DNA of 64,000 nt, taken from positions 114,027-178,026 of IMG/VR virus record IMGVR_UViG_3300010885_055964, one strand, 5' to 3'. Below the pieces are notes generated by a model, which was given only the letters and a program-made list of their open reading frames with translations, made no database searches and was not told the origin of the DNA. This DNA comes from a virus. Below are positions 28,214 through 38,529 of this stretch, one piece after another. A program made the position numbers and the translations under genes. Numbering within the stretch: position 1 is the stretch's first letter; each line of letters starts with the position of its first letter.

Positions 28214-30205
28214 ATGCCTAGTAGCTGGCTCGCTTGGGATAGACTTAGAGCATTAACTCGCACGAGTAATATTTTTCAAGCTGAACGTATATTTCAAGAC
28301 CAATCCAATCTGGATACGTTGGTGGCTGGTGGTCAGTTCTTCGATCTGAATGACCAGTCTTTAATATTAGATCAGACCAATCTACAAATTAATAGGTTAG
28401 AGAGATATAAAGATTATGAGCAGATGGACCAAACGGGTGAAGTCAGTTTAGCTTTGGATTTATATGCCGATGAAGCAAGCCTGGTCGACCCAGAGAAAAA
28501 ACACACATTAATTATCAGGGCACAGACAAAGAGGATCAAGAAGGAGTTAGAAGATTTATTTTATAACACTTTACAATGGGATGCATATTGTAGGCCCACT
28601 GTGCGATATCTATGCAAGTATGGGGACATGCCATATGAAATAGTTATGAATAATGCCCGGGATGGGATATCATCTCTAAAGTTCATGAATGTATACAACT
28701 TCACTCGAATAGAAACGAGGCATGGAGACTTGGTCGGTTTTTTCTACATGGACCCGATGGTGTCTGAACCTCAGTTCTTCCATCCTTGGCAAGTGATGCA
28801 CTGCCGATTGACTAGCTTTGAGAATCTGTACCATCCATATGGTAGATCAATATTGGATGGAGGCCGCAAAGCATTCAAGCAGCTGAGACTAATGGAAGAT
28901 TCAGCTCTAATATACAGGATAACTAGGGCACCAGAAAAGAGGAAATTCACAATACCTGTTGGTATGATACCTCCCAAGGAGGTACCAGAATATATGCAAA
29001 TGATAGCTAGGACTTTTAAGCGTCAGAGATTCTATAATCCGACTAATCAATCTTTCGATGAGAGGTATTCACCGCTGACACAAGAGGATGATTTTTTCTT
29101 GCCTCGGAGGCCTGATGGTTCTGGTCCTGATATAGACACATTGCCAGGTGCAGAGAATCTAGACCAGATAAAGGACATAGAATACTTCAAGAAGAAGATG
29201 ATAGCACCGACTAAGATACCATTCGCTAGAGTAGGAATAGGCGATGGAGCCGGCGAATCTAGTGAAAAATCGTTATCAATGTCTCACTCTGAATTCGCTA
29301 AGGCGGTACAATGGATTCAGCGTGAAGTGGCTACTGGATTGACCAAAGTAGCCATAGTGCATCTAGCATTAAGAGGATATACCACCAAGGAGTTAAAAGG
29401 ATTCGAAATAGCGTTAACTGCCACTTCGGCTATGGAAGAATTATATAGGATAGAGACTTGGCAGACTAGAACTGGCGTGATGTCTGATTTAAAAGATTTG
29501 GGCTGGTTCCCTAAAGAATGGATAGTCACGCATTTTACTGACTTGTCACCAGATGAAATAGAAGAAATCAAAGAGATGGAGGATGTAGAATCCAATGGTG
29601 GTGGTGGGGGAGGCAAACCAATTGGTCTCGGTGGTGGGATGGATCTAGGCGGTGGGGATGGATTAAAAGATGGACCGCCTGATGGTCCGCCTGGCGATGA
29701 TCCGCTAGCAGACTTAGAAGGCCCTGATGAGGAGGCTGGTGCGCCAGGTATGCCACAAGCTGGTGGTCCATCGGTTGGTGCAGATGGTTCTGCATTGGAG
29801 GGGTTCGACTACGCTGCCGAAAGAAGATTGCTAGTCGAGATGAGGAAACAAGGAAGGATATCTGAGAGTCGTAATATAATTAATAAATGGGCAGAAAGGA
29901 TAGGCCGCACAGCTTATACTAATAGAGAATACCATAGTGGGTTCGATCATTTATTGGAGATGAAAGAACTCGATGGATTGACAAAGACTCAGATGGAAGA
30001 TAGTAGTGGTGCAAATATACAAAATCCGAATGACACAGACGGTCTGCTGGTAGAGTGGTCTGTGAGTGAAGATGAAAGATCAGAAGCGATCAAAGAAGTG
30101 TTGAGTGTCTTAGTTAGTGATACGGCCGATACTCTTCCGATTGATGAAAACCTCATCACTGACGAGGATATAGCCGTTTCGACTAGAACTCTGAATGAGG
30201 GATAA
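28214..30205 (+). CDS. portal protein (T4 gp20-like) with acidic/Gly-Pro C-terminal extension
   Basis: LRLMEDSALIYRITRAPEKRKF, EDDFFLPRR, DTLPGAENLDQIKDIEYFKKK, KIPFARV. Confidence 0.92.
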   Translation: MPSSWLAWDRLRALTRTSNIFQAERIFQDQSNLDTLVAGGQFFDLNDQSLILDQTNLQINRLERYKDYEQMDQTGEVSLALDLYADEASLVDPEKKHTLIIRAQTKRIKKELEDLFYNTLQWDAYCRPTVRYLCKYGDMPYEIVMNNARDGISSLKFMNVYNFTRIETRHGDLVGFFYMDPMVSEPQFFHPWQVMHCRLTSFENLYHPYGRSILDGGRKAFKQLRLMEDSALIYRITRAPEKRKFTIPVGMIPPKEVPEYMQMIARTFKRQRFYNPTNQSFDERYSPLTQEDDFFLPRRPDGSGPDIDTLPGAENLDQIKDIEYFKKKMIAPTKIPFARVGIGDGAGESSEKSLSMSHSEFAKAVQWIQREVATGLTKVAIVHLALRGYTTKELKGFEIALTATSAMEELYRIETWQTRTGVMSDLKDLGWFPKEWIVTHFTDLSPDEIEEIKEMEDVESNGGGGGGKPIGLGGGMDLGGGDGLKDGPPDGPPGDDPLADLEGPDEEAGAPGMPQAGGPSVGADGSALEGFDYAAERRLLVEMRKQGRISESRNIINKWAERIGRTAYTNREYHSGFDHLLEMKELDGLTKTQMEDSSGANIQNPNDTDGLLVEWSVSEDERSEAIKEVLSVLVSDTADTLPIDENLITDEDIAVSTRTLNEG

Positions 30206-30269
30206 ATAACCTTATTCTTCATTCAAAGTTATAGTGGTCACAATATAAAGATTTAGTAGGAGTAAATCA

Positions 30270-33215
30270 ATGGCTCAGAATCAGAATCCAACGGCTAGCC
30301 AATCCGTAAAAATGGATAGTCGTAAATTTCTGGGAGCTTTGAACGATTCAGCTCAGGCTCGTATCACATACTTCGAGGACAAGATCGCTAGCATGGGCCA
30401 GCATGCCGGTAAGAATTACCGGCTGGTAGCTCTACATGCTAAAAACTTATACTTTGAGGATATCGACGCCAACAATTTCTATGTGGCTGACCACATAAGA
30501 GATAAGGGTAACAAGGTATCAATTTCTAATATCCGTAAGGTGGACATCGTCGAAGAAGAGAAAGCTTCTCTCTTCGGTGAGTCATGTCTCAAGTTAATCA
30601 ATGCCATCGAAGAGAATGATCAGAAGGGCATGGGAGCGGCATTCAATAGAATGAGTGCCCAACGGTTTTCTAGCCGGGTAGTTCCCTTTTCTGGTATGGT
30701 TAAAGGTAGAGACAATGTTACTCGTAAGATTACGATCTCGAGCAACACGAACTTAAGCGAAGATATTAGACATAAATTGATAAGCACCATAGTCGAGAGT
30801 CTCCGAGATAAGGTGATCGTGGAAAATGGCCAGATAGTAGCAGGCCAGTTTGTAGATGGTGAGGCATTTAAGCTGCCAGTTACCAAATGGGCATCTCGTA
30901 AGCTAGTCGCTCGCAGAATGCGTGAGACAGCCCAGAATGCATATTGGTCAGAGGGCTTTCAAAAGAGGGTCTCTCATTGCGCAAGATTGGTAGCAGAAGG
31001 TAAGATTCAGGATGCCGTAAAATCGGTAACTACTTTCTTGAGCGAGAACGAAGAGTTTACGTTACTCAGACGTGATCAAGTACAGACGTTGATAGAGAAC
31101 GCTCTCGCTACCAAAGCGGTGTTTAATGACCAATTGGCGACTGACACAGCCACGCTATTCTACAGAACCAATATGCGTTTAAGTCGCCATAAGATTATCG
31201 ACGAGTGGAGAAACATAGCAAGAAAGGCAGAGCATCCTGTCTTAGCAGAAAACGTGCACATACTCGAGTCTGCCTCGAATTTCGAGCCGGCTTACGATAA
31301 GTTCTTGACCCTTATCTTTGAGGCATTCAGCAACAAAGATGTGGCTGCTTCGGCTCTAGCGACGACTCTTACCACGTTGATGGACAAGACTCCAAAGATC
31401 AAGGAGTCAAATGAGCTTTCCAGTAAGCTCAATGGTCTTATCAGTCGTCTGTCTGGTAAGGATTGCGATGATGCAGCGATTTATGAAGCTGAGGATTTAA
31501 TAGCGACAATCCAAGAGGAATTGTCTGCTGCTGATTCGCTTAGCAATTTCGATATGATGCCTGGCGATGAGAATGATGTCTCGAGCGTACTGAACAAGGG
31601 CCAAGGCCAAGGCCAGCCAATCATTAATATCAATTCTCCACTTATCCAGATAGGTGGGCAGAGTGGTAAGAATGATCAAACTGAAGATGAAATACCGGCA
31701 CTCGATGATGATAACGACGTTGACGAGCTAAGTGCGTTATTGGGTGCAGGTGATGAAGCTCCAGCACCTGCTCCTGCCCCGGCCCCTGCCGCGAAACCAG
31801 CTGCTGCACCAGCTGCTCCTGCCGCACCAGCCGCACCAGCTGCTTCAGGTAATCCTTTCGAAAGCAAGAAGTCGCGAAAAGCCATCAATGAATCGAGACC
31901 GGTTCATTATGAGATGAGAAGAGATGGTATAGACGATGATATGCCAGAAGATGAAGACAATGTGGAAGAGAGCCGTGACCCATATGCCATAGCCAAGGGC
32001 GAATTAGACATAGCTGAAAGTGGTAGGCTGATGTCCGACTACGGGGCACCAGTTATCAATGATTCAGCAGATGTGCAGCGGATCGTAAAGATCATCAATA
32101 GACTAGCTGAAGAGCACCAGCTCGAGGGTGAGCAGTTGCAGGGTAATCTGGTGTACATGGCCGAAGCAGCAATAAAGGCTATAGGGTTGAGAATACCGGA
32201 AGGCAGAATGAACAAGGCTGTCGAGCAATGCCTAGAAATGTACGAGTCACAGTCTAAGAAGTTGCCAGACTTTATCAAGAATAAGATGAAGGATGATGAT
32301 GACTGTGATGACGAAACTGAAGAGGACATGGCTGAGGATCAGCGTAAGGGTCCCCGGATCAGGAAGAATGGTTATGCTCGTAGTGCAATAGCAGCGAGAG
32401 AACTCAAAGAATCAATCCAGTGGAATCAGACACAGTCTGACGCTTTATTGGGAGAGATGGCCGGTGTCGGGTTCATATTTGACCATGGTGGTGACTCCCA
32501 ATTGAAGCCAGTAATACTGTCTGAGGATGGGTCTGTCGAGATCCCTGTCCCAGAAGAGATTGTGGAAAGTGCTTATGCTAGTGCCGGTTTGTTAGATGGT
32601 GATGGCCGTAAGTTCGAGGGGTGGCTAAGAGGGTCATTGGAACAATTGAGGCCCATCCTTGACGATGAGGACACAGCTCTAGCCGAAGCAATGGCCACAA
32701 TCAGGACTAATCCAGACGGTTCGTTATCTGTCGAAGTCACAGACGATGTAGACGTTCAAGACGTCCCGAGTTCAGATGATCTAGACGATTCTGTCGGTAT
32801 GGCACCAGTGGATTCTGTTACCACATCGGCAGATATTGGTGATGACCTAGGCGACGATGGCGGAATGCCAGACTTTGAGAAATTTGGTGGAGATTCTGAA
32901 GACGAGTCAGAAGATGAATCTGATGAATCTGATGATATGGAATCGGATGAATCTGATGATACGGAATCAGAAGATGATTCAGAGGATGGCTCCGATGAGG
33001 ATGAAGATGAGGACGGGATGTTCGAAGACAAGGACATCACTGACCCTAAGAACTCCAAGTACGCTAAGCATGTCAAGGAAGACCCTCGAGACATGCCAAC
33101 TCCAAAGATGACCAAAGATAGCGATGATAAGTTAGATGGCATCGGACCAGACGTAAAAAAGGATGATGGCACTGGCACCAAGCCACCCACAGCTAGACCG
33201 ATGAGCAAACAGTGA
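30270..33215 (+). CDS. large prohead core / internal head protein
   Basis: 981 aa between portal and prohead protease; Pro-Ala linker, Asp/Glu tracts and many hydrophobic-x-Glu sites. Confidence 0.6.
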   Translation: MAQNQNPTASQSVKMDSRKFLGALNDSAQARITYFEDKIASMGQHAGKNYRLVALHAKNLYFEDIDANNFYVADHIRDKGNKVSISNIRKVDIVEEEKASLFGESCLKLINAIEENDQKGMGAAFNRMSAQRFSSRVVPFSGMVKGRDNVTRKITISSNTNLSEDIRHKLISTIVESLRDKVIVENGQIVAGQFVDGEAFKLPVTKWASRKLVARRMRETAQNAYWSEGFQKRVSHCARLVAEGKIQDAVKSVTTFLSENEEFTLLRRDQVQTLIENALATKAVFNDQLATDTATLFYRTNMRLSRHKIIDEWRNIARKAEHPVLAENVHILESASNFEPAYDKFLTLIFEAFSNKDVAASALATTLTTLMDKTPKIKESNELSSKLNGLISRLSGKDCDDAAIYEAEDLIATIQEELSAADSLSNFDMMPGDENDVSSVLNKGQGQGQPIININSPLIQIGGQSGKNDQTEDEIPALDDDNDVDELSALLGAGDEAPAPAPAPAPAAKPAAAPAAPAAPAAPAASGNPFESKKSRKAINESRPVHYEMRRDGIDDDMPEDEDNVEESRDPYAIAKGELDIAESGRLMSDYGAPVINDSADVQRIVKIINRLAEEHQLEGEQLQGNLVYMAEAAIKAIGLRIPEGRMNKAVEQCLEMYESQSKKLPDFIKNKMKDDDDCDDETEEDMAEDQRKGPRIRKNGYARSAIAARELKESIQWNQTQSDALLGEMAGVGFIFDHGGDSQLKPVILSEDGSVEIPVPEEIVESAYASAGLLDGDGRKFEGWLRGSLEQLRPILDDEDTALAEAMATIRTNPDGSLSVEVTDDVDVQDVPSSDDLDDSVGMAPVDSVTTSADIGDDLGDDGGMPDFEKFGGDSEDESEDESDESDDMESDESDDTESEDDSEDGSDEDEDEDGMFEDKDITDPKNSKYAKHVKEDPRDMPTPKMTKDSDDKLDGIGPDVKKDDGTGTKPPTARPMSKQ

Positions 33216-33964
33216 TAATGGAGGCTGTGATGATACCAACTAGAAAACGAGTCGCCGACATAATGCGTGCTTCTAATTTTGACAGAAGAGTGATAGCAGA
33301 GACTGGTGTTCTGCCGGTTGGCTCCAAGTTGATAAGAGACACTTTTGCATTCGATGTCATAGACAAGAAAGAAGTAGTTATTGAGGGCAAGAATGGGTCG
33401 GAGATACCTGCGATGCGGGTGTCTGGTCTGATACAGATGGGCGATCGTGAAAATGCGAATGGTAGACTATACTCTACTGCTGAGGTTTTAAGGCCAGCAG
33501 TTCAGAATATACAGGAAGATATTCAGTCCAGGGCTGTGATGGGTGAATATGATCATCCAGCAGACGCCAAAATACATCTAGATAGAGTCAGTCATTTGAT
33601 GACTAAGGTATGGATGGACGGCAGAAAGGTGTATGGCGAGGCAGAGATATTATACAACCTGCCGTGTGGTGCTTGCTTGCGTGGACTATTCGAACATAAA
33701 GTCAGAGTTGGCATATCATCACGCGGTGTAGGCGATATGGAAGTAGTTGAGAGTTCTGGTAAAGAACTATACCGCGTAATGCCAGGATACAACTTTGTCA
33801 CATGGGATGCTGTTGCCGAACCTTCAGTAAATGGGGCAATACTTAATATTCAAGAGGGATTAGCACGTAAGATAAAGCCATTGAGCAATAATAAACATAA
33901 ATTTAATCCTGAATTATATCAGGGTATATTAGTTAAAGAAATAAACAAATATTTTGGTCTGTAA
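33212..33964 (+). CDS. prohead core protease (T4 gp21-like)
   Basis: ENANGRLY, MGEYDHP, RVSHLMT, VGISSRGVG, VTWDAVAEPS. Confidence 0.92.
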   Translation: MIMEAVMIPTRKRVADIMRASNFDRRVIAETGVLPVGSKLIRDTFAFDVIDKKEVVIEGKNGSEIPAMRVSGLIQMGDRENANGRLYSTAEVLRPAVQNIQEDIQSRAVMGEYDHPADAKIHLDRVSHLMTKVWMDGRKVYGEAEILYNLPCGACLRGLFEHKVRVGISSRGVGDMEVVESSGKELYRVMPGYNFVTWDAVAEPSVNGAILNIQEGLARKIKPLSNNKHKFNPELYQGILVKEINKYFGL

Positions 33965-33978
33965 CAAATAGCTTGGCT

Positions 33979-34011
33979 TAACCTCGTCTAGTATATAACC
34001 AGGCGAGGTTA
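33979..34011 (+). promoter_or_regulatory. RNA hairpin sequestering the RBS of the downstream nuclease gene
   Basis: TAACCTCGTCT / AGGCGAGGTTA form an 11-bp stem with one G-U pair. GAGG lies in the 3' arm and the ATG is at 34013. The AT-rich loop is AGTATATAACC. Confidence 0.7.
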
Positions 34012-34012
34012 T

Positions 34013-35587
34013 ATGATAGACTGGACTCTTTCTAATTATAATGTGAATAATGTAAAGAATCGATGTATAGTCATAGTAGTATGTGAATCCTGTGATCGAA
34101 AACGTGAACAATCGTATCAAGTGGCTAAGAGAAAGCCTACACATATATGTATGTCTTGCGTTCAATCTAAAAATAAACATGGTAATTTTAAAACTGGCCA
34201 ATTAGTCATTCATAGATGTACTTGTGGTATAGAGAAGGAATTAAAATACAGACCAAATAGATATGAAGGATGGCAATGCCACCATTGTGCGATGGTGCAG
34301 GGTCACAAGGATGGTAAATTTAAGATAACCCGTAATGTACCATCAGAGGAAGGTAAGAAGAGATTATCTATTATAGCCAAGCAGAGATGGAATGATCCAG
34401 CGTATAGGGAAACAATGGCTGCTAAAAAAGCAGCTTCTAGGGACAAAAGATCCGCGATATCCAAACGACAGTGGTCGGATGATGATAGATTAAGGGCCTT
34501 GTCAGAGTCACTTAAAAAATTATGGCTAGATGAAGAATATAGGGCTGTAAAGACCAATCAAAGTAGGCAGCTATGGTCAAATGAACTATACATAGAAGCA
34601 CAATCCAATGGTTACAATAACGATGTAAGAAGAACCATATCTGAAAGTAGTGCAAAAAGATGGCAGGATGATAGCTATAAAGAGAAAATGGTTCACTATA
34701 GAGCTAATCAACCTAGGGTAAGTAATATACAGGTTTTACTATACAAATTGTTAGATGATTTGAATGTGACTTATTTCAAAGAAGGATCAGAAACAGTAAT
34801 AGGACCATATTCATTTGATTGTCTGATACCTGCCAAGAAGAAGTTATTAATAGAGTGTCAAGGAGACTATTGGCATACTTTGGAAAAGGCGGCGAGTAGA
34901 GATAGAGCCAAGTTTACTTATATTAATAGATATTTCCCAGAACATGAAATAATGTATATCTGGGAACACGAATTCTATGCTAAAGACAAGGTGTTAGGGC
35001 GGCTAAAACACAAACTAGGAATAGATATCTTAGTAGAGGAATATGACTTTAGTGATGTAACGATTAAAGATGATATCAAAGCTGCAGATATAAATAACTT
35101 TTTAGATGCATATCATTATATTGGTAAAGGTAGATCTGGGCATAATTTTGGAGCTTATTTAGGTGATCAACTAATTGGTTGCGTCGTATACTCTAATTTA
35201 GTTAGACAAAATATTGCACACCAATTTGATGGATCGTGTGTTGAATTGTCTAGGTTATGCATCCATCCCAAATATCAAAAGCATAATTTAGCTAGTTATT
35301 TTGTTTCGAGGACATTTAAAAACCTAAAATATAACAATGTGGTGAGTTATTGTGATACTACTGTTGGACATACAGGAGCTGTCTATAAGTCGCTTGGGTT
35401 TACATTGCACCATGAGGTAGATCCTGATTATTGGTATGTTGATATTAATGGGTGGGTAATGCATAAGAAGACATTATATGAGCGTGCTAAGAAAATGAGC
35501 ATCAAAGAGAATGATTACGCTCACCGATTTGGATATATTAGGATATATGGCGGCAAGAAATATTGCTTTGTCAAGCAATTATATTAA
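34013..35587 (+). CDS. Vsr/DUF559-like endonuclease fused to Mom-like GNAT domain (copy A; Zn-finger + NUMOD-like N-terminus)
   Basis: IGPYSFDC..LIECQGDYWH; YHYIG...ELSRLCI...VSYCDTTVGHTGAVYKSLGF; CxxC pairs; SEEGKKRLS..AKQRW-type repeats. Confidence 0.75.
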   Translation: MIDWTLSNYNVNNVKNRCIVIVVCESCDRKREQSYQVAKRKPTHICMSCVQSKNKHGNFKTGQLVIHRCTCGIEKELKYRPNRYEGWQCHHCAMVQGHKDGKFKITRNVPSEEGKKRLSIIAKQRWNDPAYRETMAAKKAASRDKRSAISKRQWSDDDRLRALSESLKKLWLDEEYRAVKTNQSRQLWSNELYIEAQSNGYNNDVRRTISESSAKRWQDDSYKEKMVHYRANQPRVSNIQVLLYKLLDDLNVTYFKEGSETVIGPYSFDCLIPAKKKLLIECQGDYWHTLEKAASRDRAKFTYINRYFPEHEIMYIWEHEFYAKDKVLGRLKHKLGIDILVEEYDFSDVTIKDDIKAADINNFLDAYHYIGKGRSGHNFGAYLGDQLIGCVVYSNLVRQNIAHQFDGSCVELSRLCIHPKYQKHNLASYFVSRTFKNLKYNNVVSYCDTTVGHTGAVYKSLGFTLHHEVDPDYWYVDINGWVMHKKTLYERAKKMSIKENDYAHRFGYIRIYGGKKYCFVKQLY

Positions 35588-35597
35588 TATTATCTGT

Positions 35598-35609
35598 CAA
35601 ATATAAATA
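35598..35609 (+). promoter_or_regulatory. candidate late promoter (representative of the YAAANATA motif; also an exact T4 TATAAATA)
   Basis: CAAATATA at 35598 overlapping TATAAATA at 35602. The same motif precedes many genes (see findings). Confidence 0.55.
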
Positions 35610-35627
35610 TAACCAAAGGAGAATTAT

Positions 35628-35975
35628 ATGAAGGTATCTAGTGAATACGGACCTTTACATGTGAATATGCTTGCTTCTAGCGTTAATAAGTCGATGAAAA
35701 CAGTATATTTTTGGATAATGAATACTTTAAATCCCAAAGAGAATATTACATTTGGGTTTGAACATGATTCGGTTTATGTGGGAGCTAGGGCTGACGTCGA
35801 GGGTTCATCTGGGGTATATGGTTGGGCATTGATAGCCCACCGAGATGGTACTGCAACACTTCAAGTAAGAGATGAAAAAGGTGGTGCAGTAACAGTAGAC
35901 TTGCTTAAGGCCGCTAGGGTTTTGAAGCGGCTTATAGATGCTGAAGATACTAATGCTAGCCAAGACGATGAATAA
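35628..35975 (+). CDS. hypothetical protein
   Basis: 115 aa, AAAGGAG RBS, TATAAATA at 35602-35609. Confidence 0.65.
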   Translation: MKVSSEYGPLHVNMLASSVNKSMKTVYFWIMNTLNPKENITFGFEHDSVYVGARADVEGSSGVYGWALIAHRDGTATLQVRDEKGGAVTVDLLKAARVLKRLIDAEDTNASQDDE

Positions 35976-36070
35976 TAAAATACCTGGATTTAATCAAAGA
36001 TATATAGTAAATAGGGAATGCTCGACTCAGGCAAAAATAACATTACACGTTATCAGTGAGGAGTTAAGAG

Positions 36071-36790
36071 ATGGATAAGATTAAGGCGCTTCTCGAAAAA
36101 GCTGGTGTCAAGAGTGAGTTGGCTGACCAGATATGCGAGTCGCTGGCCAATTATAAGACATCTCTACGTCAACAATTCAATCAAGAGTATGCTGCTAAGG
36201 TCGAGCAGGCCAAGAAGGTCTGCGTTGAAGAGACTGAGGCGCATAAGAGAGAACTTGCACGTCGTGTGCAGATTTGGTGTGAAACGAAGGGGACAGCGAT
36301 CGAGGCACAACTTGCTAGGCAGTCGGCCCTTAACGAATCCGATGCCATGTCCAGGCTAACCCGCATAGTAGGATTACTAGAGGGTATTGAGCCAAATGGC
36401 GGGCAAAGCGGTGAAGTTACAGCCACAATAGAGAAGCTCAAGCAACAGGTCAAAGTCGCATCTGAGGGGAAGGTTCAAGCAATCGAACTTGCTAATCGCA
36501 AGACAGCGATTGCAGAAAAGGCTCTTAAGCGTAACCGGCAATTGGCAACTGCTCTGAAGACACTCGAAGAGCGGAAGCAACAGGCCCGCCCTGCTAATAC
36601 CGTTTCGGAAGGAAGGGTACCAGCAAAGGCAGCCCGGATTGATCAGTCACGTGATTCTGGTCGTTCCAGATCAACTAGAGCTACCCTCACTGAGAATCAG
36701 GATCGTCGTCCAGTGCAGCAGCAAAGACCGTCGACTAATGGTTTCAGCATCGACAACATTGCCGCTGACATGGACAGCGATCTAGTTTAA
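36071..36790 (+). CDS. prohead core scaffold (T4 gp22-like)
   Basis: Coiled-coil 239-aa protein directly before the MCP; MDKIKALLE...EYAAKVEQAKK pattern. Confidence 0.75.
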   Translation: MDKIKALLEKAGVKSELADQICESLANYKTSLRQQFNQEYAAKVEQAKKVCVEETEAHKRELARRVQIWCETKGTAIEAQLARQSALNESDAMSRLTRIVGLLEGIEPNGGQSGEVTATIEKLKQQVKVASEGKVQAIELANRKTAIAEKALKRNRQLATALKTLEERKQQARPANTVSEGRVPAKAARIDQSRDSGRSRSTRATLTENQDRRPVQQQRPSTNGFSIDNIAADMDSDLV

Positions 36791-36840
36791 CTTGTACTTG
36801 ACCCAATAACAGAGCATTTTTTTATTTAGGAGCAACAAAG

Positions 36841-38469
36841 ATGGCACTGGCTAGAACTGGTAGAACTGGAATGAGCAGAACTGGAATGAGCAGAACTGGA
36901 ATGAGCAGAACCGGTTGGACCGGCAGACACCTACAGAACCGTATGGTTACTGAGGCTTCCGATCCCCATCGTGCATCTGTCGTGCTCGAGTCCAAGAAGA
37001 ACCAACTCGTTAAGAAGTGGTCGCCAGTTCTTAACAAGTGCCGTGAGGTTCCCAAGGCCAAGTTCGGCCTGATGGCTTCGATCCTGGAAAACCAGTACAA
37101 TGCCTGGAATCCAGGTAATCGATCGATGCTGTTAGAGGATCAGACCACCACGGCTAACATAGCAGACTTCACCCGGTTTGCTCTGCCCCTGATTCGCAAG
37201 TCGTATCCCAAGCTCATTGCTGACAATCTGGTTGGCGTTCAGCCAATGAGCCAGCCAGCAAGCTTGATCTTCTACATCAGATATCGTTATGCCCTTTCCA
37301 AGGGTCAGACGGTAGCTGGTACGCAGATCATGCGTCAGAACACCGCCCAGAGCTACTCACGCTCTAACGGTTGGGCACTCGATCCTTACTACAGCTCGCA
37401 AGAGGTTCGTGGTGAGGACGCTACGGTTGCTGGCGATTTGATGAACGTATCAGCCACCCTGGCACACCGACCAGTTCTTGCTGGTACGGTAGTGGTCGAG
37501 GTGTTTGCGAGTGAGAACGACGCAAGTCCCAACTGCGATGACGCAGTACCTTGCCTCAGAGTGGGCTTCAACAGTGCTGGCGATCCGGACGTGGTGCTAA
37601 TCGGTGACTGCACCGAGTTTACTTCGACCCTAGCAGTAAACGAGTCTGGTTCGAACTTCAATCACGCTACCGGTGCGGTTAATATCGCACTGTCGGGTGG
37701 TTCTTTCCCAGCTGGTGCTGTGGCACGGGTTAACTACGAGTACGATCTCGAGGCTAACCCTTTCCAGCCAGAAGTGACCATGAGCATCGACAGTGATAGC
37801 GTTTCGGCTATACAACGTAAGCTCAAGACCAGCTGGAGCTTGGAGGCGGCTCAGGATCTTAAGGCTGTTCACAACATCGATGCCGAGAGCACTCTCACCG
37901 ACCTTATGGCCGATGAGATGGTCGCGGAACTCGATCGTGAAATCATCAATGACTTGATCATTGCTGCAGCTATCCGTGCTGAGCACAACTTCGCGACCGC
38001 AGCCGGTGCTTCGGTTAACTTCACAGACCGCAACATCGCTCTGATGTACAAGGCTCTGGAAGTTGCCAACATCATCCACCGTACCACTCTCCGTGGTCCG
38101 GCTAACTGGATGGTGATGAGTGCTGACCTCTGCAGCAAGTTCGAGCAGTTGAACGATTTCCGTGCCAGTGATGCTTTCAGCACCGAGGGTGTTGACATCG
38201 GCATCATGAACGTCGGGACTGTTCAGGGCAAGATGAAGATCTACAAGGATCCACTCTTCCCAAGCTGCAAGATCCTTCTAGGGTTCAAGGGTAGCAGCGT
38301 CCTCGACGCTGGTTACTTCTACGCTCCCTACATTCCGTTGCTAAGCACCCCGACCGTGATGGATCCCAACAGCTTCACCCCAAGCAAGGGCATCATGACC
38401 CGCTACGGGAAGAAGCTCATAGAGGACGGTGGTCTTTACTACGGTGTGATCACTGTCAGCAACCTCTGA
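36841..38469 (+). CDS. major capsid protein (T4 gp23-like)
   Basis: LVGVQPMSQPASLIFYIRYRY, RKLKTSWSLEAAQDL, EMVAELDREII, YFYAPYIPL, KGIMTRYG. Codon usage is distinct from neighbours (many C-ending codons). Confidence 0.95.
   Translation: MALARTGRTGMSRTGMSRTGMSRTGWTGRHLQNRMVTEASDPHRASVVLESKKNQLVKKWSPVLNKCREVPKAKFGLMASILENQYNAWNPGNRSMLLEDQTTTANIADFTRFALPLIRKSYPKLIADNLVGVQPMSQPASLIFYIRYRYALSKGQTVAGTQIMRQNTAQSYSRSNGWALDPYYSSQEVRGEDATVAGDLMNVSATLAHRPVLAGTVVVEVFASENDASPNCDDAVPCLRVGFNSAGDPDVVLIGDCTEFTSTLAVNESGSNFNHATGAVNIALSGGSFPAGAVARVNYEYDLEANPFQPEVTMSIDSDSVSAIQRKLKTSWSLEAAQDLKAVHNIDAESTLTDLMADEMVAELDREIINDLIIAAAIRAEHNFATAAGASVNFTDRNIALMYKALEVANIIHRTTLRGPANWMVMSADLCSKFEQLNDFRASDAFSTEGVDIGIMNVGTVQGKMKIYKDPLFPSCKILLGFKGSSVLDAGYFYAPYIPLLSTPTVMDPNSFTPSKGIMTRYGKKLIEDGGLYYGVITVSNL
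36862..36906 (+). repeat. 3 x 15-bp tandem repeat AGAACTGGAATGAGC (RTGMS) at the MCP N-terminus
   Basis: Perfect copies at 36862, 36877 and 36892; partial copies at 36853 and 36907. Confidence 0.95.
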
Positions 38470-38499
38470 GAACAAGCCCTTAATAAGGCTAATAATAAG

Positions 38500-38529
38500 A
38501 AACCCGGCCCGAAAGGGCCGGGTTTTTTT
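38500..38529 (+). terminator. intrinsic terminator after the MCP
   Basis: AAACCCGGCCC-GAAA-GGGCCGGGTTT followed by further Ts. Confidence 0.92.

Noticed and set aside
37389-38207. Long antisense ORFs in the capsid gene
   Set aside because: Expected from the biased codon usage of the MCP; no independent support.
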